64,000 nt of DNA from Candidatus Moraniibacteriota bacterium (GCA_030679895.1 JAUXSN010000026.1:24661-88660); one strand, 5' to 3'. Shown: positions 18,164-27,810, counted from the first letter of the stretch. Notes: a model not told the origin generated them from the letters alone. Translations and numbers: made by a program.

Positions 18164-19120
18164 CTATTTTTTGTTTATGTTTGTTTTTTGCCGAACTAAC
18201 CTTTCTGCCACTCTCATTTTGGCGCTTCGGCTCCTGGGATTGGTCCTGATTTCTTCTTCCGAAGCGCCAATCGGCTTTTTGGTGATTATTTTCAGGCTTT
18301 TTCTGTGCCCGCAAACGCATTTCGGAAAATTCGGCGGACAAACGCAATCTTTCGAATGCAGCCTGAAAAAATTCTTCACAATCCGGTCTTCCAATGAATG
18401 GAAGCTGATGACCGCTAGCCTCCCCCCGCTAGCAAGCATTTTTATGCTTTGGTCCAAAAATGTTTTCAAATTTTCAAGCTCCTGATTAACCTCGATTCGA
18501 AGGGCCTGGAATACTTTCGTAGCGGGATGGATTCTGCCATTTCGATATCTTTGGGAAATACTTGCGCTTATTATCTCAACCAATTGCAGTGTCCGGGCTA
18601 TTCTCTTTTCTTTTCTGGCGATTGCCACAGCTCGCGCAATACTCCTGGCAAATTTTTCCTCCCCGTAATTCCTGAATATTTCAACTAATCTTTCTTCCGG
18701 ATAATTGTTTATCACATCGGCGGCGGTAATTTTTTGAGTCTGCGGAGAATAGCGCATATCGAGAGGTCCGTCTTTTTGGAAACTGAAGCCTCTTTCGGCG
18801 TTTTCGATCTGGTCAGAGTTGAATCCAAGGTCAATCAAAATGGCGTCCACGGTTTTTATCCCCAGCCCCCTAAGAATATTCTCCAGATTGGCATAATTAT
18901 CAACTATCCCGATCAGTTCTTTTTTCGAAATAATCTCTTTGAAATTTTCAATTGCCTCCGCGTCCCAATCAATCGCAATCAATTTGCCGCCGGGCAGAAT
19001 CTTTTTGAGAATTTCAATCGCGTGCCCGCCCGCTCCCAATGTCCCGTCAACGACCACGCTCCCTTTTTTCAAATTTAGACTCTCGATTGCTTCCCCTGGC
19101 AATACCGGTTTATGTATCAT
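18164..19120 (-). CDS. rsmH: 16S rRNA m4C1402 methyltransferase
   Basis: HKPVL, DGTLGAGGH, GPLDMR, FQALRIEVN, SFHSLEDR, NPRSRSAK. Confidence 0.97.
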   Translation of the reverse strand: MIHKPVLPGEAIESLNLKKGSVVVDGTLGAGGHAIEILKKILPGGKLIAIDWDAEAIENFKEIISKKELIGIVDNYANLENILRGLGIKTVDAILIDLGFNSDQIENAERGFSFQKDGPLDMRYSPQTQKITAADVINNYPEERLVEIFRNYGEEKFARSIARAVAIARKEKRIARTLQLVEIISASISQRYRNGRIHPATKVFQALRIEVNQELENLKTFLDQSIKMLASGGRLAVISFHSLEDRIVKNFFRLHSKDCVCPPNFPKCVCGHRKSLKIITKKPIGASEEEIRTNPRSRSAKMRVAERLVRQKTNINKK

Positions 19121-19130
19121 CGATTATTAT

Positions 19131-19175
19131 CCTAAAGTTCAACTTTCGGAACGCTTCCTAAAGTTGAACTTTAGG
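19131..19175. repeat. Palindromic repeat, family A
   Basis: CCTAAAGTTCAACTTT...AAAGTTGAACTTTAGG. Confidence 0.85.
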
Positions 19176-19185
19176 ATTCAACGAT

Positions 19186-19620
19186 CTAATATATCCCTAA
19201 CTTCCCTAGTTGCTCCGCGATGTCATCAGTGTTTTTTTCAGCTTCCTTTTTGTACTGGGCCCATTTCACGCTGTCCCAGACTTCAAGACGGTTATAGAGT
19301 CCGGCGATGACGACTTCTTTTTTGAGGCCGGCGTAAACTTTCAGATAGTCCGGAATCAGCACTCGTCCCAATTTATCAATGTCCGTATCGACCGCCCCGG
19401 CCAGCATCAAACGAACAAAACTTCTTGTCCCCGACTCCCCCATCGGAAGACTGCCCAGTTTCCCCGAGAGCTCCTCCCAGGTTTTCATCGGATATATAAA
19501 AAGACATTTATCAAGACCGCGGGTCACCACTGCTTTGCCGCCGAAATCATTTCTAAATTTGACCGGGATTGCCAGCCGCTTTTTCGGATCTACGTTGTGC
19601 GAGTATTCGCCGATAAACAT
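19186..19620 (-). CDS. mraZ: Transcriptional regulator MraZ
   Basis: MFIGEY..VDPKKRLAIP, DKLGRVLIP, RLEVW. Confidence 0.97.
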   Translation of the reverse strand: MFIGEYSHNVDPKKRLAIPVKFRNDFGGKAVVTRGLDKCLFIYPMKTWEELSGKLGSLPMGESGTRSFVRLMLAGAVDTDIDKLGRVLIPDYLKVYAGLKKEVVIAGLYNRLEVWDSVKWAQYKKEAEKNTDDIAEQLGKLGIY

Positions 19621-19672
19621 GAAATATCATTCTATCTTTATAAATTAAGAGGCAAGCGAAGCATTGACTTAT

Positions 19673-19756
19673 CCCCAATTCGGCCGACTTATCCCCACTT
19701 CTATCCACTTTGCAACACTGTAACTACATTCTAAACCACTTCAAAACATCGGTCAA
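19673..19756 (-). promoter_or_regulatory. mraZ promoter with 10-bp periodic MraZ-binding repeats
   Basis: TTGACC-17-TAGAAT (19756-19728); CCACTT-like (minus strand AAGTGG) units every ~10 nt from 19673 to 19741. Confidence 0.75.
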
Positions 19757-19836
19757 CACTTTAAACCAAAAATGAAAATGGCTTATATAAGCCACTCGAC
19801 ACCATTCTTACGCACAAGTTATCCACTTTCTCCCTG

Positions 19837-19944
19837 CCCCGTACCAATTCTATCGCCTTACCATCGGATAGCTGCAAAGCAAGGCGAAGCCGTTTCGCTC
19901 TTTCACGTGAATATCAAAAAAAGATAAATGGAATTGGCGCGGGG
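19837..19944. repeat. MITE/REPIN-like element with CCCCGYRCCAA terminal inverted repeats
   Basis: CCCCGTACCAATTC ... GAATTGGCGCGGGG; related element at 38231. Confidence 0.65.
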
Positions 19945-20141
19945 TTGCGCTCGTTTGAAAGTCATATTATAATTCCAGTGTAATATTCCGCACTAAAATG
20001 CCGATGCTGAATTTTTCTTAAATGCAACAGTGTATTAAGAGGCATATGAACATTTTGATGCGGGACAAGTAAAAACAAATATAAAAAATGCAATCGGCTG
20101 ATGGGGGTTTTTTCTTTGCCAGCCAATTGCAAAATTCAAGA

Positions 20142-20900
20142 ATGCCAAAAAAGAAAACCAGCGATAAAGACAAAGATCAGGAACTCCAAAAAATAGCCGC
20201 GATTCGTGAAATGATCGCCAATGCCGAACGGACCATCCAATCCGCCCGCGCGATGCTAACGCAAATTGAAGGACCTTCCGCAAGAATGTCCCGCCGGCCG
20301 GCAGCAATCAATGGGTCAGAAGAAGAAGGGGAAATCGTCGAAGGAGTTTTTGACGGACAAGTTATGATGGGAACCGACGGGAAACAATATCCAGTCCCGG
20401 CTAACTATGCTTCAAAATCAAAGTTAGTCGAGGGGGATATGATGAAACTTACAATCACCCCGGACGGTTCTTTTATTTATAAGCAAATCGGACCCGCTGA
20501 AAGAAAAAGGCTGATCGGAGTTGTCAGCCAGGATGATTTAGGGAACTATGTCGTCATTGCTGATGGCAAGGCTTATCGCGTCCTTCTTGCTTCTGTCACC
20601 TATTTCAAAGCCGAACCGGGAGACGAGGTGACCCTCGTTACTCCCAAGGACAGTGATTCGATTTGGGGAGCCATTGAAAATCTCGTCAAAAAAGGATCCA
20701 TGGGCGGATTTGGAATGGAGTCGAGCTTCGGTGAAGAAAATCAAGAAAAAGATTCTTATGAAAAATCTGAAGGCGAAACCTCGTCGATTGATACGGGAAA
20801 ATTCGGCCGGGATGGAAAATTGGAAAGCGACCTCATAGACGAATGGACGCCGGAACTGGAAAAATTGCGGGAAGAAGCCAGCAAGCCGGTTCAAAGCTAA
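20142..20900 (+). CDS. Conserved hypothetical protein with an acidic tail
   Basis: EGVFDGQVM...YPVPANYASKSKLVEGD...FIYKQIGP, a motif recalled from CPR genomes. Confidence 0.85.
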   Translation: MPKKKTSDKDKDQELQKIAAIREMIANAERTIQSARAMLTQIEGPSARMSRRPAAINGSEEEGEIVEGVFDGQVMMGTDGKQYPVPANYASKSKLVEGDMMKLTITPDGSFIYKQIGPAERKRLIGVVSQDDLGNYVVIADGKAYRVLLASVTYFKAEPGDEVTLVTPKDSDSIWGAIENLVKKGSMGGFGMESSFGEENQEKDSYEKSEGETSSIDTGKFGRDGKLESDLIDEWTPELEKLREEASKPVQS

Positions 20901-20966
20901 GCTTTGAGGAATCCGCCGATGAGGCGGAGGAAAAGGTCGAACCTTGGTTTAAAGGTCGGACTTTGA
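20891..20966. repeat. Family A palindrome cluster with a GC hairpin
   Basis: TCAAAGCTAAGCTTTGA (supplies the stop codon), TCCGCC...GGCGGA, AAGGTCGAACCTT, AAAGGTCGGACTTT. Confidence 0.8.
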
Positions 20967-21012
20967 GCAAAGCAAAAGAAATCGAACTCTTTTAATTTAA
21001 AATATAAAAACT

Positions 21013-21645
21013 ATGGCAAAAACAAAAACCAATCAGACACAAAATTTGACTTCACGAGATATTCTTTTTGGCGCCATTAACGGTCTTATTTTTGGCGCGC
21101 TGCTGCCGGTTGTCCTCAAGAATATGAACATCGCAATTTCCACGAATATGGGTTTCGTTATTGCTATAGCTTTTACTGTTCTTGCGGCAATTGGGGTGGC
21201 TATCGGCTATTTTCTGTCAAAGTATATAAAAATCATTTTCCAGATCGCTAAATTCGGATGCGTGGGCGCGGCTAATTTTGCGGTGGATATCGGAATCCTG
21301 AATCTCTTGATTTTCCTGTCGGGGACAGCTGTCGGAGTCGCCTATATCGCTTTCAAAGTGATTTCTTTCACCTTTGCCGTCACCAATAGCTATACCTGGA
21401 ACAAAATATGGACATTCAAAAAAGTTGACACAAAAGAAACGGGAAAAGAATTTGGCCAGTTTATTACGATCAGCGTAATTGGACTCATCTTAAACGCTGC
21501 CGTCGCGGGTTTTCTCGTGATTGTCATCGGGCCATTGGGTGGAATAAAAGTCAAAACCTGGGCCAGCGTCTCCGCTGCCGTGGCTTCCGTCTGCGTCATG
21601 GCTTGGAATTTTGTCGGATACAAATTTTGGGTGTTTAAGAAATAG
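21013..21645 (+). CDS. GtrA-family membrane protein
   Basis: QIAKFGCVG, NSYTWNKIWTF, WNFVGYKFWVF. Confidence 0.9.
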   Translation: MAKTKTNQTQNLTSRDILFGAINGLIFGALLPVVLKNMNIAISTNMGFVIAIAFTVLAAIGVAIGYFLSKYIKIIFQIAKFGCVGAANFAVDIGILNLLIFLSGTAVGVAYIAFKVISFTFAVTNSYTWNKIWTFKKVDTKETGKEFGQFITISVIGLILNAAVAGFLVIVIGPLGGIKVKTWASVSAAVASVCVMAWNFVGYKFWVFKK

Positions 21646-21656
21646 TATAAAGCTAA

Positions 21657-21715
21657 CAAAGGTTCGACCTTGAGGAATTGCAAGTGATAGCGAGCAAGGA
21701 AAAGGTCGAACCTTG
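21657..21715. repeat. Family A composite repeat
   Basis: AAGGTTCGACCTT-GAGGAATTGCAAGTGATAGCGAGCAAGGAA-AAGGTCGAACCTT. Confidence 0.85.
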
Positions 21716-21787
21716 AAAGAATAAGCGCCAAACGCTTTTTTATTTTGCTTTTTTGATTTTTTATCTCAAACGCTATAATATACCTTT

Positions 21788-23428
21788 ATGAGCACAACTC
21801 TTTACCGCAAATACCGTCCCTCTGATTTTTCCCAAGTAATCGGGCAGAAGCACGTCGTTCAGACTCTTCAGAACTCCATCAAAAGCGGCCGGATCGGCCA
21901 GGCTTATCTTTTTGCTGGCCCGCGGGGAACGGGAAAAACTTCAATTGCGCGAATATTCGCTAAAACAATAAACTGCGCTGCTAACTTGGAAACTAAGTTT
22001 CCAAGTGGCGAACCTTGCCTCAAATGCGATTCTTGCAAAACTATTCTTGACGGCCGCTCGCTCGACATCATCGAAATTGACGCCGCTTCCCACACCGGCG
22101 TGGACAACATCCGTGAACTTCGGGAAACAGTGAAGCTTCCGCCCACCTCTCTCAAATATAAAGTCTATATCATCGACGAAGTCCATATGCTTTCCGGAGG
22201 CGCTTTTAATGCCCTTCTTAAAACTCTTGAGGAACCTCCGGAACACGTCGTTTTCATCCTGGCGACCACTGAAGTCCACAAAATTCCGGAAACGATTCTT
22301 TCCCGGGTGCAAAGATTCGATTTCACCCGCTTGACAGTCGAGGAAATTATAGAAAGACTAAAACAAATCGCGAAACTCGAAAAAGTGAGCGTCGAGCCGG
22401 AAGCTCTCGAAATAATCGCCTCTTCCTCCGAAGGCGGAATGCGAAACGCCGAAAGCCTTTTGGGACAAGTGATCGCCCTTGAAGACAAAAAGATTACGGC
22501 CAAGGAAGTCGAATTCATCCTGGGAACGGTTTCGGAAAAAGAAATAGCCGATTTTGTCGGTCAATTAGTGGCACATAATTTTCCGGCTGTCTTTTCGAGA
22601 ATCGCCGACCTGCGGGAATCCGGCATCGATTTCAAAAATTTCGGCAAGTCGCTGCTCAATTATCTTCGACAGATGCTGGTCTTGAAGATAAATCCGGATC
22701 TTGGAAAAAAATTGTCATACGAACTAACCAAAGAGAGGCTGGGGCAGATCCAAAAACAAATTACCGAAATAGAAATTGATGCAATATTGGATATGATCAA
22801 TATTCTTCAGGAAAATACCGAGCGTTTCAAAAACAGCCAGATTCCCCAGCTGTATCTCGAAGCAAGTATTGCCAGCCTCACCGTAAATTCTGGCAAGTCT
22901 AGGCGGGCTGAAGCGGCTGTCAGCGAAGTTATTGATGCCTCCCCTGCTCCACCAATCGCAACTCAAATTAATAATAATAAAAAAGAAACAGCCGAGATCA
23001 AACAAGCTGCGGAAAATAAATCTTTTAAAACATCGGCCGAGCCTAAAAAAGAATTAGCTGAAGCGGTTAAAAAAGAAATCAGCGGCGACGACCTTGAACT
23101 CGTCCGCTCCAGATGGCTGGATATCATAGATTCGCTCAAAAGCTACAACCATTCCCTGTCGTCTGTCCTTAAAATGGCCAGCCCGTCTCTTATCGAAGGA
23201 AACAAACTGATTGTCAAAACAAAGTATGATTTCTACAAAGACAAAATCACCGAAACCCAAAATCGATTGACAATCGAAGACGCGATTGATAAGATAACAG
23301 GCGTTAATTTGAAAATAAAAACGCTCACCGAAAAAGAATTCCAAGCCGAATATCCGGACTTCAAAGAGAAAAAAAGCCTCCTTCAGGAAGCCGTGGATAT
23401 CTTCGGAGGGAAGATCGTAAAAGAATAG
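21788..23428 (+). CDS. dnaX: DNA polymerase III subunit gamma/tau
   Basis: LYRKYRP, GPRGTGKTS, Zn cysteines, IIDEVHML, AFNALLKTLEEPP. Confidence 0.97.
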   Translation: MSTTLYRKYRPSDFSQVIGQKHVVQTLQNSIKSGRIGQAYLFAGPRGTGKTSIARIFAKTINCAANLETKFPSGEPCLKCDSCKTILDGRSLDIIEIDAASHTGVDNIRELRETVKLPPTSLKYKVYIIDEVHMLSGGAFNALLKTLEEPPEHVVFILATTEVHKIPETILSRVQRFDFTRLTVEEIIERLKQIAKLEKVSVEPEALEIIASSSEGGMRNAESLLGQVIALEDKKITAKEVEFILGTVSEKEIADFVGQLVAHNFPAVFSRIADLRESGIDFKNFGKSLLNYLRQMLVLKINPDLGKKLSYELTKERLGQIQKQITEIEIDAILDMINILQENTERFKNSQIPQLYLEASIASLTVNSGKSRRAEAAVSEVIDASPAPPIATQINNNKKETAEIKQAAENKSFKTSAEPKKELAEAVKKEISGDDLELVRSRWLDIIDSLKSYNHSLSSVLKMASPSLIEGNKLIVKTKYDFYKDKITETQNRLTIEDAIDKITGVNLKIKTLTEKEFQAEYPDFKEKKSLLQEAVDIFGGKIVKE

Positions 23429-23483
23429 AAAGCTAAGCTTTGAGGAATTGCGAGTAAAGCGAGCAAGGAAAAAGCTTAGCTTT
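23429..23483. repeat. Family A composite repeat
   Basis: AAAGCTAAGCTTT-GAGGAATTGCGAGTAAAGCGAGCAAGGAA-AAAGCTTAGCTTT. Confidence 0.85.
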
Positions 23484-23498
23484 GGAAAAAATTAATTT

Positions 23499-23570
23499 TG
23501 GGGCGTCGCCAAGTGGTAAGGCAGGGGCCTTTGAAGCCCCCATTCGTGGGTTCGAATCCTACCGCCCCAG
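23499..23570 (+). tRNA. tRNA-Gln(TTG), CCA not encoded
   Basis: TGGGGCG/CGCCCCA acceptor, GGGGC-CT TTG AA-GCCCC, GGTTCGAATCC. Confidence 0.95.
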
Positions 23571-23619
23571 CTGATAGATTAAGGCTTAAAAAAAGCCTTT
23601 TTATGCTATCGTTTTCCAT

Positions 23620-23648
23620 TTGACAAACAAATTCCAATGTGCTATGAT
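23620..23648 (+). promoter_or_regulatory. Sigma70-type promoter
   Basis: TTGACA-17-TATGAT with an extended TG. Confidence 0.75.
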
Positions 23649-23677
23649 AACGAATCTTAAATACCCATTCATTTGAT

Positions 23678-24688
23678 ATGAACATCCGGAAAATTCTCAT
23701 ACCGAATAAGCCTCACCTTGACCCGATAGCGGCCATATATTTGTTGCGTAAACACGGAAAGGAGAAATTTCCCGGAGTTGAGCGTGCCGAAATAGTTTTT
23801 TGGGAACATGCAAAAAATCCCAGCGAGAAAGAGGCAAGCGATTTTGAAAAAGAGGGCGGCTTGATGATTGACGTTGGCGGAGGCTTGTTCGACCATCACG
23901 GCGGAAAAAACAGCTCCGAAACCTCGACATCATTGGTGGCTTCCCATCTGGGCATAGAAAATAATCCCGAGGTGTCGGCGCTGCTCGGATACATCAGGGA
24001 AGATGACCTCGAGGGCCTTCACAACCGCTACGGCGATCTTGCCTACATCGTGAAATGCATGCACAAGCAGAATGTGCCTTCGGCAAAAGTCATTGAGTAT
24101 ATAATGCTCGCGATTGATTTCTTGCAGCTTAATCAGGACGAATGGCACCATGTGGTGAAAAAGGAATACGAAGAAAAATGCAAAGTAGTCATGGTGAAGC
24201 GCCCCAAAAGAAAAATAAAGCTTGGGGTGATCGAATCGGACAATGTGCAAGTCGGCAATTATGGAATTTCCGTCGATAATCTTTCCATTCTGATTCAGAA
24301 ACGTTCGACAGGCCATATTGTGATCCTGACCAATAAACATCACCGAATAAATTTGAGGGAAATTGTTGGCGCTATCAGAAAAAGAGAACTTGAATTGGCG
24401 GATTATGGAAAACCGATTGATCCGAAAAAGCTGCAGTTCGAAGGAAAAAACTCTCTTGTTCCCCAATGGTTTTTTCACCGGTCTCTCAACGCGTTCATGA
24501 ACGGATCGGACGCGCTGAATAAAGCGGATCCGACCAAAGTTCCGCTGGAAGAAATCATGAATTTGGTCTGGTATGGAATTACCGCGGAAATTTCCGAATA
24601 CTGCGATTGCGACAAGGGCGGAGAAATGTGTCCTTTCGCGCCATACGGATTTAGCAAATGCGAAGAGAGAAAAAACAGCCCAGCGTAA
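23678..24688 (+). CDS. MYG1/DHH-like metal-dependent hydrolase-like protein
   Basis: PHLD, IDVGGGLFDHH, REDD motifs; C-terminal Cys cluster. Confidence 0.65.
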   Translation: MNIRKILIPNKPHLDPIAAIYLLRKHGKEKFPGVERAEIVFWEHAKNPSEKEASDFEKEGGLMIDVGGGLFDHHGGKNSSETSTSLVASHLGIENNPEVSALLGYIREDDLEGLHNRYGDLAYIVKCMHKQNVPSAKVIEYIMLAIDFLQLNQDEWHHVVKKEYEEKCKVVMVKRPKRKIKLGVIESDNVQVGNYGISVDNLSILIQKRSTGHIVILTNKHHRINLREIVGAIRKRELELADYGKPIDPKKLQFEGKNSLVPQWFFHRSLNAFMNGSDALNKADPTKVPLEEIMNLVWYGITAEISEYCDCDKGGEMCPFAPYGFSKCEERKNSPA

Positions 24689-24790
24689 CAGTCCTATGAG
24701 GATGATATTTTCACCATGGGATTGCGACGCTATCATCGGTCGCAATAAAAATTCCGCAGCACATTCCAATACTGTATAAAGGGAGAAGAG

Positions 24791-25246
24791 ATGGCACAGA
24801 AAGGTGTTGTTCCGAGAGAAGTTCAGCGGCAAACGGTCTGGGGGCCAGAAGCGGCCTTCATCGGTATTGACAAGAACGCGGTTCTGAAGACTTATATCCC
24901 CGAAGGCAAAAAAAAGTCTCTCCAATACCTGGAATGCATGAAGGCTGTGGAGGGAGGATTCATTCCCCTCTACGTCTTCGGCGAAGGGGATCTGGAAATG
25001 ATCCGCGGGAAAAAGGTTCCCGCCGAGGTCGAGCTCCGGACCAAGCGCGAGCGCGGCCAGAAAATCCACTACCTGCGGGCAGAGATCCTGCCGCCGGATG
25101 CTGCCCGTCCGCAAGTCAAGCTTTATGTCGGTAGCGGAAAAGACGAGAACATTGTCCTGCTGGATAATTACCCGCGGCTGAAAGGCGCCGAGGAACTCCG
25201 GCGGTTCATTATCGGCTTCATCTCCACCACCAAAAAGGCGGCCTGA
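24791..25246 (+). CDS. Hypothetical protein (GC-rich)
   Basis: ATG after GGGAG, 151 aa, followed by hairpins and a terminator. Confidence 0.75.
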   Translation: MAQKGVVPREVQRQTVWGPEAAFIGIDKNAVLKTYIPEGKKKSLQYLECMKAVEGGFIPLYVFGEGDLEMIRGKKVPAEVELRTKRERGQKIHYLRAEILPPDAARPQVKLYVGSGKDENIVLLDNYPRLKGAEELRRFIIGFISTTKKAA

Positions 25247-25335
25247 AATCAGCGCCTCCAAGGAGGAAAAAAAATGGGCGGATGTGGATTTGTCTCTCAT
25301 TGAGACGCTCCCATCCGCCCTACCCCCCACTACCC

Positions 25336-25362
25336 AAAACGCACTTTCGTGCGGTTTTTTTA
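25336..25362 (+). terminator. Intrinsic terminator
   Basis: CGCAC-TTTC-GTGCG followed by a T tract. Confidence 0.6.
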
Positions 25363-25440
25363 TTTTATACAAACTAATTAAAAATATTGCATTCCCGCTC
25401 CCCCATTGCCAAAAGACTCGTTGAAAGGTAAGGTTACCCT

Positions 25441-26397
25441 ATGATTACCGATGAAGTAAAAATTATCACGCGCGCCGGAAAAGGCGGAGACGGAATTGTG
25501 GCTTTTGATAAGATCAAGATGAGTCTCGGGCCGACCGGAGGAAAAGGCGGAGACGGCGGAAATGTTTTTTTTGAAAGCGTAAGGGATCTGACCGCGCTAA
25601 ACAAGTATAAACAAAGGAAAGAATATTTCGCCGGACCGGGCCGTAACGGAAAAGCGGATCGCTCCACCGGACATACTGGTCGAGACCTGACTTTGACCCT
25701 TCCTATCGGATCCGTTATTAAAAATCTCAAAACGGGGGCGGAATTTGAAATAACTACGGCCGGAGAAAAAATATTGGTCGCCAAAGGCGGCCTGGGAGGA
25801 CGAGGCAATTATCTTTTCCGATCTTCGAAAAACACCAGTCCGGAAGAATACGAGGAAGGAAAACCGGGAGAGAAAGCGGAATTTTTCATTGAACTGCGGC
25901 TCATTGCCGACATCGGGCTTGTCGGACTTCCCAATGCCGGAAAATCAAGTCTCTTGAATGAAATCACCAATGCCAATGTGAAAGTGGCCAACTACGCCTT
26001 CACGACGCTCGAACCGAATCTTGGAGTTTTGGATAATCTTGTCATCGCCGATATCCCCGGCCTTATCGAAGGCGCTTCGAAAGGAAAGGGCCTGGGCATT
26101 AAATTTTTGAAGCACATCCAAAGAACAAAAGTTTTGGTTCATTGCATTTCCCTCGAATCCGATGATCTGATGAAAGACTACAAGACCGTGCGAAAAGAAC
26201 TGGATGATTATTCAAAAAAGCTGACACAGAAAAAAGAGATTATCTTTCTCACGAAATCAGATCTCGTTTCAGAAGAAAAAATCACCGAAAACACGGCGCT
26301 AATGAAAAAAATCACACCGGAAGTTTATTCTGTTTCAATCCACGATTGGGACAGTCTGCAAAATTTGCTAAAGATACTATCCGACACTCAAGCATAG
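25441..26397 (+). CDS. obgE: GTPase ObgE (no C-terminal domain)
   Basis: Gly-rich Obg domain, GLPNAGKS, YAFTTL, DIPG, TKSD. Confidence 0.95.
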   Translation: MITDEVKIITRAGKGGDGIVAFDKIKMSLGPTGGKGGDGGNVFFESVRDLTALNKYKQRKEYFAGPGRNGKADRSTGHTGRDLTLTLPIGSVIKNLKTGAEFEITTAGEKILVAKGGLGGRGNYLFRSSKNTSPEEYEEGKPGEKAEFFIELRLIADIGLVGLPNAGKSSLLNEITNANVKVANYAFTTLEPNLGVLDNLVIADIPGLIEGASKGKGLGIKFLKHIQRTKVLVHCISLESDDLMKDYKTVRKELDDYSKKLTQKKEIIFLTKSDLVSEEKITENTALMKKITPEVYSVSIHDWDSLQNLLKILSDTQA

Positions 26398-26414
26398 TCC
26401 ATAACTCCAATCAG

Positions 26415-26443
26415 TTGACAAGACTCTATTTCTCTTATATACT
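26415..26443 (+). promoter_or_regulatory. Sigma70-type promoter of the DEAD-box helicase
   Basis: TTGACA-17-TATACT. Confidence 0.75.
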
Positions 26444-26586
26444 ATACAAACGTAACTAAATCTCTTTGTTTTATATCTCTTAGTATTATTCCTCTAAGAA
26501 CTTCAAAGCCTTTAGGCTTTATCTAAAACTTATGAGACGAACTCGCCAAATTCTTTATTAAAGGCGAGAGGTTATTAGATAAAGCT

Positions 26587-27810
26587 ATGAATACAAGAAC
26601 TCCCAACAGAAGAGGACCGAGAAGATCCTTTTCGCGGTCAACAATGCCTCGAAAACCCTATGGCGGTTCGCGCTTTGGCGGAGGTCAAAGAAGCCGTCAA
26701 GGCGGCGAACGGATTGATTTCTCAAGATTCATCAACAAAGCGGTGATAACCGAAGAAGTTGATCATTTTGTACCGGAACATAAATTCCAGGATTTTGCCA
26801 TTGACCAACATTTGAAGCGCGCGATTACCGCAAGAGGCTACACTGACCCGACCCCGATCCAGGACCGGACCATTCCTCATATTTTGCGCGGTTCGGATCT
26901 GGTCGGCATCGCCAACACCGGCACCGGAAAAACGGCCGCTTTTCTCATTCCGCTCATCCACAAAGTTCGACAGAGCACTTCAGAGCACGTTTTGATCATC
27001 GTGCCGACTCGCGAGCTTGCGATTCAAATCGATCAGGAACTGAAAGACCTGACGAGAGGAATGAAAATATTTTCCGCTTGTTGCGTCGGAGGAATGAACA
27101 TCCGCCCCCAGATTCAAGCTCTTCGCTACCGGCATAATTTCATCATTGGAACGCCGGGGCGGCTTAAAGACTTGATCGACCGAAGGATCATCCATCTTTC
27201 AGATATAAAAACAGTAGTACTCGACGAAGCCGATCGGATGCTCGATATGGGATTCATCGCTGATATGCGTTTTGTGATAGCGGGAATGTCCAAAGAACGG
27301 CAAACTCTTTTTTTCGCGGCCACTTTTTCCTCGGAGGTTGAAAGGTTCGTCAAAGAATTTTTGCGGGATCCGGTGAGAATTTCCGTCAAAACGCGGGATA
27401 CTTCGAAAAATGTCGACCAGGATGTCGTGAAAATCGGCCGGGATCAAGTGAAAATAGAAGTGCTCCATGACCTTCTCAACCAAAAAGAGTTGAGCAAAGT
27501 ACTCATTTTCGGACGGACAAAGCACGGAGTGGAAAAACTTTCAAAGATTCTTATTCAAAGGGGCTTCAGCGCAGAGTCAATTCACGGCAACAAAAACCAT
27601 GCGAAACGACAGCGCGCACTTGGTCTTTTCAAAACCGATCGGATCAAAATTTTGGTAGCCACCGACGTCGCGGCTCGCGGTATCGATATTGCGGATGTGA
27701 GTCATGTGATCAACTACGACCTGCCGGAAACATACGATGATTATATCCACCGCATCGGCCGAACCGGACGAGGCGACAAGAAAGGCAAAGCCCTGACGTT
27801 TGTCGGGTAA
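26587..27810 (+). CDS. DEAD-box RNA helicase
   Basis: Q motif, TGTGKT, PTRELA, DEAD, ARGID, HRIGRTGR. Confidence 0.96.
   Translation: MNTRTPNRRGPRRSFSRSTMPRKPYGGSRFGGGQRSRQGGERIDFSRFINKAVITEEVDHFVPEHKFQDFAIDQHLKRAITARGYTDPTPIQDRTIPHILRGSDLVGIANTGTGKTAAFLIPLIHKVRQSTSEHVLIIVPTRELAIQIDQELKDLTRGMKIFSACCVGGMNIRPQIQALRYRHNFIIGTPGRLKDLIDRRIIHLSDIKTVVLDEADRMLDMGFIADMRFVIAGMSKERQTLFFAATFSSEVERFVKEFLRDPVRISVKTRDTSKNVDQDVVKIGRDQVKIEVLHDLLNQKELSKVLIFGRTKHGVEKLSKILIQRGFSAESIHGNKNHAKRQRALGLFKTDRIKILVATDVAARGIDIADVSHVINYDLPETYDDYIHRIGRTGRGDKKGKALTFVG

Noticed and set aside
21657-21715. GGTTCGA in family A palindromes as tRNA T-loop remnants
   Set aside because: No cloverleaf or acceptor stem; the motif is part of a self-complementary repeat unit.
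22971-23380. dnaX programmed -1 frameshift
   Set aside because: A-runs exist, but I found no in-frame A AAA AAG heptamer with a downstream hairpin and no A9 run.
23930-25372. 480-aa minus-strand ORF and the many other antisense ORFs in the track
   Set aside because: They shadow well-supported genes on the opposite strand and show no recognisable motifs.
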